A stretch of DNA of 64,000 bases, from NCBI RefSeq assembly GCF_964355755.1, contig NC_092671.1, forward strand, positions 4,464,001 through 4,528,000, read 5' to 3'. Positions 10,690-21,953 of this stretch are shown piece after piece; position 1 is the first letter of the stretch; each line of letters starts with the position of its first letter. This DNA is from Antedon mediterranea (lineage: Eukaryota; Animalia; Echinodermata). The notes below the pieces were generated by a model. That model was not told where the DNA came from. It saw only the letters and a list, made by a program, of their open reading frames with translations, and ran no database searches. The translations under genes and the position numbers were made by a program.

Positions 10690-13600
10690 TTACACACTAA
10701 CAGTACGTGCAAATGCTTGTCTAAAAGTTTCATTTACTACATTATATATTAAAGGATTTACAGAAGAATTTAAATATATTCCCAAACGACAAATATCCAA
10801 AACCCAATATAAATCAGATCCAAGAATATTTAAAAAGAATAATAATGGGAACAAACAAATCGGTGTCATGGAGAGAACATAAACTGCGACTGTCACAAAA
10901 ACTGTCCAGAATATTTTCCTCTCAGATTTTGAACGTAAGTCCGTCTTGCAAGAATTCTTTATACCATTTCGGGATTGTCTTAAAGAATAAATCATAAGAA
11001 AACATAAAGTTACAATAATCAAAGAGTATATTAACAACAACTTGAAACAACTGGTACGTAGACGGAAAAATGTATTCTACGTAAAATGTAACATTTTACA
11101 ACTTTTTCCAGCACAGAACTTTCGAATGGATCAATCTACATAATGACTGACGAGAAATCTGCTGTTTTTGTTACACGAAGAAGAACACTATATTTGGACA
11201 GTAGTTAGGTTATATTGAACATTACACATGCTCTCTTTTATTTATAATATTTATATTCCTTTTCTTATCAATGTAAACTTACTTAATATGTTTGAAATAA
11301 ACGATAATTTAGCATCTAATTTAAATATAGAATACACAAATCACAAAGCAATTACTCCCGCCGAACTCTTAGACAGCTATGGCTCCCGGTTTGCTCAAAA
11401 GTCTACATTTTCTATATCAAGTCTTAATGTACGATCTTTAAATCATCAACTTAATGAAACGATTTTACTATATGAAACCGTACTTAAAAATAAGTTTACA
11501 TTTATTGGATTAACTGAGATTTGGAACATTGATGATAAAGACAAATACCAATTGAGTTCCTACAATTTCGAGTACATCTGTCGTGAGTTCGGTAGAAGTG
11601 GTGGCGTTGCTGCCTATATCCATAGTTCAGTTAAGTATAGACGTCTTGATATAAATATTTGTAACTCTGAATCATTGTGGTTTGAAGTATGTGATGGGGG
11701 TAAAATGTACGTGATAGGGGTAATTTATCGAAATGTTAATTCCAACATAAATGAATTTAGAGAAGACCTCTTAGATACCTTAAAACAAATGAAAGTCAAC
11801 AAAAAACAATGTATACTAATGGGTGATTTCAATATAAATCTTTTTAATGTTAACAACACTGATATAAACTCATATTTAACGGCTATTGAATGTTTAAATA
11901 TGACTCAGTTAATAGAATCGACAACCCGTCCTGCATCCAACACCATAATTGACCACATATATAGTAACATTATTTGTAATAGTACAATATCTGGGACGAT
12001 GTCGTGTGACATATCCGATCATCTACCAATATTTGCAATTTTTGAAAATAACATTGACATTACTTCTAATGATAAGTATTATTATAAATCAAGATGTTAT
12101 AAGCATTTTAACAAAAATGATTTTTTAAAGGATTTATCTAACATGTCATGGGAATCGGTTTATTTATGCAATGATACAAACTTGGCCTACGATAGATTTA
12201 ATACTAAATTCAAAAATATTTGTGATAAGCATGCGCCAATAAGAACGATGTCATTAAATCATGTAAATAAGAAAAAAACCATGGATCACCCGAAATATTA
12301 AAAAATCTATTAATAAAAAAAACAAGATGTACCAGAAACTAATTAAAAGTAAATTTGATAATTCTGATTTTATAAAATATAAAAAATACCGAAATACCCT
12401 TACAAAGGTGTTAAGAACTGCAAAAAGAAATTATTATTCACATATGTTTTCAGCTAACGCAACAAATTCAGTAAAAACGTGGAAGATAATAAATGATGTA
12501 CTTGGTAAAAATAAATTAAAATCTGTTAATGCTATTCCTGAAAAACTAATTCGTAATAATAATGATGGGACAACATCAATAGTAGATAATCCGGACGAAA
12601 TTGCTAATGTATTTAATGATTATTTTGTTGGCGTAGCCGATCAACTTGCAAACGAAATTCCCCCCTCACAAAAATGTTTTTCTCAGTATCTGGCCAATCC
12701 CTTACCAAATTCTTTTTTTCTTGAATCTATCACTGTTAATGAGGTATTTAATTTAATTTGTAAAATCGACCAAAATAAAGCAACTGGATCAGATGATCTA
12801 CCAGCAAAATTAATTTCAATTGCAGCATTACATATTTCAAATCCCTTGTGTTATATATTTAATTTATCATTTAATAACTGTATATTTCCAAATCTTTTAA
12901 AGTGTGCTCGAGTTCAACCAGTCTTTAAAAAGGGGTCAAAAGAAATACCTGGAAATTTCCGTCCTATCTCAATTTTACCAGTTCTCAGCAAAATACTTGA
13001 AAGGTTGTTTTGTGACAGGTTAACAAGATTTTTTGAGAAATTTAATTTATTTTATTTTCATCAATATGGGTTTCGAAAACGTCATAGTACTAAGTTATCA
13101 TTAATCAATTTAGTTAACACTTTGCTTTCTGATATTGATAAGGGTAACGTGTCACTTGGTATTTTCGTAGACTTCAGCAAAGCGTTTGATACTATATTAA
13201 TCACAACATTTTAATTTCAAAATTATTTAATTATGGTATTCGAGGAAAAGCATTGTCATGGATAACCGATTATTTAAAGAATAGATCCCAATATGTATCA
13301 TTTCATAATAGCCATTCTCAAACTAGGGAAATACCTCATGGAGTCCCACAAGGCTCGGTGCTAGGACCTTTTTTTAATTTATATTAATGATATGCCAAAT
13401 TCAACAGATTATTTTGATTTTCGTTTATTTGCTGATGACTCCAACCTATTTCATTCATTTTCATCAGATAAAATAGACCTTAATATAGCGAATGAACATT
13501 TATATAAAGTATGTGAATGGTGTATTGTAAATAAATTAACAATCAACTATATTATTATTATATTACTATAAATTATTAATAAGATAGGCTCACTTTTTGT

Positions 13601-14905
13601 TAACGATATAGTAATTAATGAGGCTGAGACTGTGTCGTTTGTTGGAGTATCACTTGATAATAATCTTACATGGAAAACTCATCTCAACAATTTATGTAAA
13701 ACATTACGTACAAAAATAGGTATTTTTTATAAGTTAAGGTATTTTCTTCCTCAAAGTATATTAATGTTAATTTATAAATCATTTATTTTACCACTAATTA
13801 CCTATGGTATTGAAGTATGGGGAAGTACACATTTAAGTTACTTAAACCAAGTTCTACTTATTCAAAAGATGTTCGTTCGCTGTGTTACGTTTTCTGATTT
13901 TAGAGCACATTCTATACCTTTGTTTAAGCAATTGTTGATTTTAGATGTGTTTAAATTGTATGAGTTGCATGTGCTTAAATTTATTTCCGATTTATTTTAT
14001 TCTACATTACCTCATCATATTATACTATACTTTAACTATGTAAACATTCCATTTAACACCCGATTTAATGACCCGTTTAATCCCTCAATCCCCTTTTGCC
14101 GTACGACTCTATCTCAAACCAATATAACATACCAAGGTCCCAAACTCTGGAATAAACTCCCAGTAAATATTTTTTTTTGGTCTTTTGTCTTTAGTTTTGA
14201 TTTTATGTATGTGAAAAAGAACTAACAAGAAAGAAAAATAATAAAGATTATTATATTACATCCAAAACGCTGTAAATCCTCCAATGTAGGTTTGCTTTAT
14301 ATGACAGAAAGTTTCGCGATTATACATATCAGGCCAAGGACGAATGACGGATACTCGTCCGTAAAAAAAAGTTGTACACAATTCACCGACAAAATATCCA
14401 TATAACTGCACATATTTTTACAGATCTTGAAAGAGTACCAAATCTACTTCTTTGAAATCAATAAGGTCTACAAACTGCCATATAACGTTCAATAGAAAGC
14501 CAAAAAATCGTACAAATTGCTACATGAAATGCAACCAAAGTAGAGTAAGCGATCAAGTAATCGGACAGTTCACAATTTTTCCAATGTATTTCAATCGTAT
14601 CGTATGTCGATATTAACTTAACTTTCCAAAAGGGTGCCTTTAAAGATAATTAAAGATATTGTATCAGTTATTGCCAAATTGGCTAGATACACGTAATTGC
14701 GTAATTTACTCACTATAACAATAAATGTCATGATATTGCCGACGATTCCGAAAGCGACAACAATAGGAATAACAATGTTAAGTAAAATCATTTCCAAGTC
14801 AGTTGGTAAGAACGTATCAATATAAGCATCATATTGACTCGTGTGAGATGCTGAATACGCGTATTCGGTTACATTATAGGATGCATCGTCGACTGAGCAT
14901 GACAT
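10690..14905 (-). pseudogene. GPCR pseudogene, positional paralog of 59839-60903, split by a CR1/L2-group LINE
   Basis: N-terminal part (14258-14905, MSCSVDDASYNVTEYAYS) and C-terminal part (10690-11049) flank the LINE. Additional indels and a 39-bp in-frame C-tail deletion. Flanks match 59580-59860 and 60904-61460. Confidence 0.93.
11050..14257 (+). mobile_element. CR1/L2-group (Crack/Daphne-like) LINE with APE endonuclease and RT, frameshifted
   Basis: LNVRSL, LTEIW, GGVAAY, MGDFN, SDHLPI (APE); FRPISILP, QYGFR, GVPQGSVLGP, FADD (RT). Tail AATAAAGATTATTATATT. Host reads TTGAAACA|TCCA in the intact paralog, so at most a 3-bp ACA TSD. Confidence 0.92.
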
Positions 14906-15457
14906 GTTTTTTCTGAACTTTTTCTCGGACTTAATTATCGTGTATATATATAAACTATTAAAGTTTTCACTTCTTTTTCTTATCGAAATATATTTTTACT
15001 TTAAAATGGCGTAATCGTACATAACATAATAGAAACGACTCACAATCAACAGAACGAACTCCTCCGATGACGTGAACGAATCGATGTTTAATGACACGAT
15101 CAAAATAGCGTTTGGAAACTGAGAAAAACACTTGGCAAAATAACAGAGGGCGCGCTATTTTATATTTTGGCCCATATTGAAGGTATAGATAACTTGTGAT
15201 TTTAATCAGCTTTTGTGACGTCAACTATATAACCTCGATTGTATCCAAGACTATTGGTATAAATTGCTTACCAATTTACAAAAACAAATTTAAAACTTAA
15301 AACAATGCAATAACATAATACAATATTTGTCATCTAAAAATATGCAATGAAAGGAAAATAGGTTGAGTAATATAAATAGTCAATGCATAAATGAATGATT
15401 TATATCAATCTGTAATCAAACGTACACTTTCTTTTTCCACCAGCGCGCGGACGGCCA

Positions 15458-16373
15458 TAGTCTGGGCTCCAGACGGAGTTTTTTCTTAATATTAGTAAAA
15501 ATATAAATATTTTTGCACATATGGCGTTTCATACGTGTATTACTTGAGTTTGGATACTCCGTCTGGGGAAACACGCAAAAGTCACGTGGTTTGACACCAA
15601 GAATTCTTGGTGCATAGATTATCCGGTTGACTAGTTTCAGCTGCACGCGATTGGCTACTCACTCGTACACTGTTTTAATATTCATATTTCAGAATTTCAA
15701 AGACTCAACAACTAAGATGGTACGCATGCGCTATGTTACGTTTAGACAATGTGTACTTTGGGTACATGGATGAAAGTTTCTGAAGGCTAGAAAGGATTTT
15801 ATATGGATCATTTAATCAGGGAGATGTAATTTACATCTCCCTGATTTAATAATATTACGCGGAGATAATTTGATTTAATTCCCACCCAGACCTTTCCTGT
15901 TCTGTGTAGTGGTGTAGCCCTGTTGTGAGTGAATCCTGTTGTGTGCCGGTGGTGGTATTAAGTAGGCCTACTTTATTGGCGCTTTATTTGGCAGGCCATA
16001 CGTGCGAGTTGAGTAGGACCTACGAAGGAGGCCTAGGCTAATGACTAAACAATTAATAAACAAAACAACTTGGCAACACGATTTCATATTTTAACAGTCT
16101 CGATCGTACCTTCAACACTGTACGTAGGCCTACTCGATCTTTTTCATTTTGAAACAAAATGATCATTGGTTGATTCGAAATCTATATTTACATAACGCCC
16201 GCCTCATATAGCCAAATACGGTATGATAACCTACGTCATTCTTATGGGATGTTTGCGGTCTGCAAATCTATTTCTATACGTGTTTCACAAGTCTGTATTT
16301 TCAGACAAAAATCGCGGTCGAAATAAAAACAAATAAATTTAAAAAAAAACAATACAGACTTGGGGCAAGTCTA
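15458..16373. mobile_element. 916-bp non-autonomous DNA transposon with TAG...CTA ends and 9-bp TSD (AcademH-like)
   Basis: GGACGGCCA duplicated at 15449-15457 and 16374-16382; single-copy empty site at 61452-61460. Short imperfect, self-palindromic termini TAGTCTGGGCTCCAGAC and AGACTTGGGGCAAGTCTA. Family assignment is inference. Confidence 0.75.
15817..15843. mobile_element. TIR-only transposon scar (27 bp) with 7-bp TSD
   Basis: ATTTAAT-CAGGGAGATGTAA-T-TTACATCTCCCTG-ATTTAAT. Confidence 0.7.
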
Positions 16374-17094
16374 GGACGGCCACAACAAAAAGTACATAAT
16401 GCGCTGTTAAATTGACTATCCCAAACACACGGTCTTATTTAATTAGGCTCGGCGATTGGCTGTGACGTAGATGACATAATCAGTAGCCAATCGCCGGGCA
16501 CTACAATCATAAAATATCCTACAAATTAGGGAGATTCATGACAAATCCGCAGCCTATAGAATGAAAAGAAAAATGTGCACACGCAAAGACATTAATAAAA
16601 ATATTTTAAGAGGCAATATATTAACTTAAATGTTAGCTTTATAAACAAAACACAAGCACATCAACTTGAGTGGTTCTACAGTCAATATTGCTTAATGGTT
16701 AGGCATATTAGTCTTAGTTTATTTCTTAATAGATTACGGTACTATATTTTATCAATAAACAGGTTTTTATCAGAAATATTATCTAATGATTTTTATAAGG
16801 CATGCTATTTATAATATTTTATTTCTTTAAGGATCTTTTAACTCCTATTTAAATAATTAAAGAAATATATATTGCTTAGAAGCAATTGGCTTAATATATC
16901 AGTGGTTTGTTTGTTTATTTATCATTCAGTAGTTTTAAAAATGAAATGATACATTAAAATGGCTGAAATAAAGTAATGTATATATTACATAGCAAAAAGC
17001 ATATGCAGGCAACCTTTCGAACATACTTACCTGTATAATCTAATACTTTTCTTTGAAAAAGTTTCCAGATTTTCTTTTAAGAAATTCGACATTG

Positions 17095-17238
17095 TTACGG
17101 TACTCAAACGTTTTGTTACTTAGGTGAACGATCTTAGACCAGTAGCACTAACATCAGTTCAAAACATGCGAACGAATTCTTCTTAAATATCTGGCACCTC
17201 TAGTTACTGACTATGCTTATCCATTAAAATTTGCCTAG
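17095..17238 (+). mobile_element. Short Rex1/Babar-like LINE ORF2 fragment
   Basis: Encodes NDLRPVALTSV..TCERILLKYL....YPL.FA, resembling the NDYRPVALTS..DPLQFAY motif; duplicated near 62165-62295. Confidence 0.6.
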
Positions 17239-17355
17239 GTCTGGAGGTACCGTAGATACATTTGTTTTTTTAATTTTAAGCTTTTAGGCACATGACCAAT
17301 GATTATCAAAAGTATGTTAATCACTGTCATACAGGTGGTAACCTCCATGGCACAG

Positions 17356-17484
17356 GTTTTTAGTGGCGTGCAAGGCGACTCTACAGCTCACTATGTCGGT
17401 CGGTTGGTCGGATGGTCGGTCGGTTGGTAAACACTAACTCCAATAATTTGAGCACGCGACTGCAGCCATGTATATTGCTTTGTT
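17356..17484 (+). mobile_element. Helentron-associated (HINE/DINE-like) mini element
   Basis: Starts in a T-run; TAGTGGCGTGCAAGGCGACT head, (GTCG/GTTG)n microsatellite, GCACGCGACT repeat, degenerate 3' hairpin, ends in a T-run. Duplicated near 62413-62545. Confidence 0.5.
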
Positions 17485-17560
17485 CCAGTTCACCGGGGTA
17501 AGCCACTACTAGTCTGGAATGATGATCATAGTGCACACGACCAAACAGTGTACACTGGAC

Positions 17561-18849
17561 CATGGATTAAAGAATAGAAGGATATGCATCGACGTGAGAT
17601 CAAGGGTTCCTTGACTCTCGCCGACAGACTGCGGACCGCCCACAATGTTACAGTTTAATTAACCGCAGGGTAACAACGAAACGGTCGCGTGCCTAATATA
17701 TTGTTTACTGCACATGTGCAACGACATTTAACCTAGTTGGCTACGCTTCTTTCGCGCGTTCTTTGGTTGCATGATGTTTATGGTCAACTATTGACTATGT
17801 TGGTTTCTGCCGCGATTGATCTACGCTAATGATTTTTTTATGATGATTAAAGTAGCATTTTATGACCTGTAGTAGCCCTACATCTGAGACAATAACTATT
17901 AGTTGTCTCATTTGTTGTAAAATTACAAAATCAGCAAGAATGCTAGCCTAGCTAGGCCTTGTACTAACTAGGCTAAACTGGGCTAGTAAACCCTATGATT
18001 TGCCGACATTGATACTGCCTAGGTAGGCCTAGGCTAATCTTAAATACTCACCGTTGTCTTACTTCTTGTGTGAATAATAATAGGTAGGCCTACTTCGTTT
18101 GTTCGTGATCAAGTTTGCCCTGCGTGTACTTTTCAAAACGACCGCTAGGTAACGAATCGCAACTATACATAGCCAGCCAATCCCGGATCAGGGATCGCTG
18201 TTTTCATTCAATTAGGCCCGGTGATTGGATGTGATGTGGATGACATAACCACTAGCCAATCACCAGGCACTACAGTTTAAATATAATCACATCGATAATT
18301 AAGGAGATTTATGAAGAAACCACTGCTTAGCCATATATTAAAAAACACGATTGTTGTATGTCTGAACACCGGCCACGCTAACAACATACATGGTCAAATG
18401 CAAAATTTAATATTCTATAGATTAACGCAATTTTTAATGACAGAAGATGGCAGGCAAATAATGATAATTCAAATATAAAAATTGCATATTTTATTAATAT
18501 TACCAACTACTTAAAATTACCAGTCGTAAGAAAGTGAACTTTTCGTAGTCCGATTGTGATGAAACTAAAACAGAATTATTCAGCAATATATGTTTGTTAT
18601 CAATTAATCATCGACGCAGACATGTCAATAGAACATTCAGACTGCGCATACGATTTCTACATGGTTACGTTTTGGTCTCAAAAAAATGTAACAGTTGATT
18701 CGCAGCGTTTTACAGAGGGCCGCGGTTAGAGACATGGAGTTCAATGAACGTGTTTGTTTGATTGGCAGCAGTGCTTTAGTATAGGCAAGCGCGTTGTAAA
18801 ATCGTTTGATGTCACCGTCGATGCATATCCTTCTATTCTTTAATCCATG
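17561..18849. mobile_element. P-superfamily-like non-autonomous element, 1289 bp
   Basis: TIR of about 34 bp, CATGGATTAAAGAATAGAAGGATATGCATCGACG; 7-bp TSD ACTGGAC (17554-17560, 18850-18856); empty site at 62621-62627. Confidence 0.9.
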
Positions 18850-19087
18850 ACTGGACATACGGTTTATAGTCTATATATGAGAAAACGTGTTCCACCACCA
18901 GGAGTTAGTCGGTCAACGACTCCCCTGCCTCAACTGTTGTCGCCAATCGAAACGTCCAGACGTACGTTCTCAACCATATTTTAATTACTTTTTAAAAAAC
19001 ATGGTACTCGGCAAACTTAACTTTACTTATATATCTACATACTTAAGCTTTGTCTACACTATCAAATTAGTTGGTCAAAAAAGTGCT

Positions 19088-19155
19088 ATATGCCTAAATA
19101 TGGTAGTGACATGCCTAAATATGGTAGTGATATGCCCAAATATGGTAGTGATATG
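19088..19155 (+). repeat. 21-bp minisatellite (ATATGCCYAAATATGGTAGTG)n
   Basis: About 3 units here and about 4 units at 62850-62935. Confidence 0.85.
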
Positions 19156-19684
19156 ACATTATGATGTATATATAAGGTCACACCACATTTGTTTTAGTCA
19201 CATAAAGTTTGATAGTGTAGACAGAGCTTTAGGGGCAATATTTAATGACAAATCATAGTTAACTTTATCTGAGACGAAAGTGAAAGTGTTGTCGACTGGA
19301 CGTGACGGTTTCCACTTGAAAATATTCTTTTTGTAAGTAAACTTGTTTAAATTTTGAACTGCGTCCTTGAAAATTGATTACCGAATAAATTACTAAATAT
19401 AAGAAAACAATATCAGGTAATCTCCTGACTCTTACAATCAATATGCAACATAAATTAATAATTCATCATCTTCGTTCAGAACTATGACGTCAAACCGGAC
19501 TGTAAGAGTTTATTATCAAGAGTACTTGAGCTTGTAAGTCAGGATAACTGGCATTAGAAAATGTATGTAACTATAATAAAACGTTATGATAGTCATCTAA
19601 ATAAAGAGAAACAAAGGTGGAGCAAGGGGTTGGGTGAGGCGGTTATTTGTTGTACATAATTCGTTACTACTAAAAACTCAACGT

Positions 19685-19965
19685 CCCAAAGCTGGTGCCA
19701 CAATTAAAGACATTGTATTAGATATCGTCAAATTGGCTAGATACACGTAAACTGATTTGTGTAATTTACTCACTATAACGATGAATGTTATTATGTTTCT
19801 GACAATTCCAAAGGCGACCATAACAGGAATGATATTGTAACGCAAAATCCTCTCCCAGTCACTAAGAAGGAACATATCTATGCAGGAATCATAGTCAGTC
19901 GTGTTAAATGTTGAACACTCGTATTCAGTTACATCAACGGATGCATTGTTACATGGAAATTACAT
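19685..19965 (-). pseudogene. GPCR 5' fragment (N-terminus to TM2), related to 21954-23018
   Basis: ATG followed directly by TAA, then ...DMFLLSDWERILRYNIIPVMVAFGIVRN...YLANL; truncated after TM2. Confidence 0.88.
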
Positions 19966-20412
19966 TTTTTCTTCTGTTTAGTAATTAAAAATAATCGTAT
20001 AAAGGTAACTACATGACCAGTAACATTGATAATAATAGTAATAGATGGTTTAGGCCTACAAATAACGACGATAGTGGTATGATAAACGATACGGTAAGTC
20101 CACTTACAAACACGATTTTGTCAATACATCTAAGTAAAAGGATGTTTTTATGTATACCAATTTAGCTCAGCGCGAATTTCCTCCCAGTTCCAATTAATTA
20201 AATTATGTTGCAAGAGCTAAAAAAAAAACAGAACAAAAATCTTATCACTGGGGCTTTCATGGTATTGTTCGAACTCGATTGGATAGCGACTCTTTAACAT
20301 TCTCGGCGTGGTACGGCGGAACAGCACTAGTCCTCAGTTGTACGCACGCGCACCAGAGATCAAATTGATACGCCCTTACAGTCTTACAGTATTTTTATTC
20401 CCGAGGCGGGAT

Positions 20413-21471
20413 GCGATTTTTTGTTTTCGTACATAAGTTGGGGACCCCCTCATGAAACGTTACAAAATAAACATGAATAATTCATCAGTTAAATTTTCTT
20501 GTTCCGTTTTCACCCAAGCGTATAGCAACAAGAAGTGATTACACAAGTGCGGTACGATTCTAGGCCTAATCTCCGCTGTGGTTGCCGCGTGGGATTTCAT
20601 AAAAGAATAGCGGCGTTTTGTGTGGATTGTCGAAATAATCAGCCTTTAAAATATGGTGTTTTTAATATAATTTATTACTAAAGAATTACGTGTTGAAATT
20701 ATAGTTTCTATTAATACTATTAGGCCTAATTGTTAGTCTCTAAACCCATGTCTATTCTAGTAGTAGCTGTGTGTGTGTGTGACGTGTCTGTGTTAGGTAT
20801 GACACAGTCCGAGTAATAAGTCAGCAAAATTAAACAATAAACATTACACAAAAATACATTTTTTATTCTCATGGGTCTAATCTTCCCATCTCATGTGTTC
20901 ATATACGCGCATTTTTAAAGTTCCTTTGAGTAGCCTACATGCATATTGTTTGATAATAAAATAGCAGAATTAAAAAATTACAGTACACAAATTATACACA
21001 TTTGTTATTCTTGTGGGTCTAAGCTTTCTTTGGGCTGTCCAATTACTACTTAGTTTAATGTCTTGCCTAGCTGTCGATTAGCCTCGACACATTTTGCATA
21101 GTGGTAGTGTGTGTGTGAAGAAGAGTGCGCGAAGGCAATCACGTGAATTGACCTAGAATCCTAGGCCTACTGTAGAAAGAATCGTATCGCAGTTTAGTTG
21201 TGCCATGGATTAAAGAATATTCTATTCTTTAATCCATGGTTGTGCGTGTAATGGAGTGAGTGCAGAATCTGTTTGGGCTTTAGCCTATTCTCATTCCAGG
21301 TTATTTTTACATTGATGACCGAATAAATATTATTAATATTATTATTAATCACTTCTTGTTGCTATACGCTTGGGTGCACACGGAACAACAAATTTAACTG
21401 ATGAATTATTCATGTTTATTTTGTGACGTTTCATGAGGGGGTCCCCAACTTATGTACGAAAAAAAAATCGC
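20413..21471. mobile_element. MITE with long (about 130 bp) TIRs and 9-bp TSD (Mutator/MULE-like)
   Basis: TIR GCGATTTTTT..CGTACATAAGTTGGGGACCCCCTCATGAAACG..CACCCAAGCGTATAGCAACAAGAAGTGATTA; TSD AGGCGGGAT at 20404-20412 and 21472-21480. Confidence 0.88.
21204..21238. mobile_element. TIR-only scar (35 bp) of the 17561-18849 P-like family
   Basis: GTTGTGC-CATGGATTAAAGAATA-TTCTATTCTTTAATCCATG-GTTGTGC: 16 + 19 nt of the TIRs with a 7-bp TSD. Confidence 0.88.
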
Positions 21472-21953
21472 AGGCGGGATCTCCGAAGAGATACTTTTTA
21501 TATATATAAACAAATCAGGCAAAGACCATTAATTCTAAACCGCCCGGTGATATACTGAAATTTAATTAATTAATTTGAAACGATTCTGTAGATTCTGCTA
21601 TAGAAAATGATACATTTTGACTTTTAGTTTTTATTCATTGCAAAAAAAACCACCCACACATTGAATTTAGAGTATATAAAAACTACATTATTGTATTACA
21701 AACATTAAAATGACAACCAAGTACAAAATATATAAAAACTACATTTTTTGAAATAACGATTGATATAATATTTATGTCTAACTTGATTCCGTCTCGTGAA
21801 ATATTCAACGTTTCATACTTACAATTCAAACGTAATATTCAAACATTCATTATTTTGTATGATATTTTAAATGTTTGTGACAAACTTATGCTGTTGTGAC
21901 ATAATTCATGTTGTTTTAATGTATTATAATAGCGTTTTATTTTATCAATTATT

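Larger units (their letters stand above)
1..15655 (+). repeat. Segmental duplication, copy 1 (copy 2 at 29070-50609)
   Basis: Base 1 GGGAGACAGTTTACAGC recurs at 29070; ORFs repeat with offset 29069 (346/29415, 4029/33098, 5914/34983). Homology ends at GCACGCGATTGGC (15655/50609). The left boundary may lie outside the window. Confidence 0.97.
17330..18965 (-). mobile_element. Degenerate Deu/Nin SINE carrying two nested insertions
   Basis: Segments 17486-17560 and 18850-18960 join into the SINE core; the copy at 62545-62730 lacks the 1.29-kb insertion. Confidence 0.65.
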
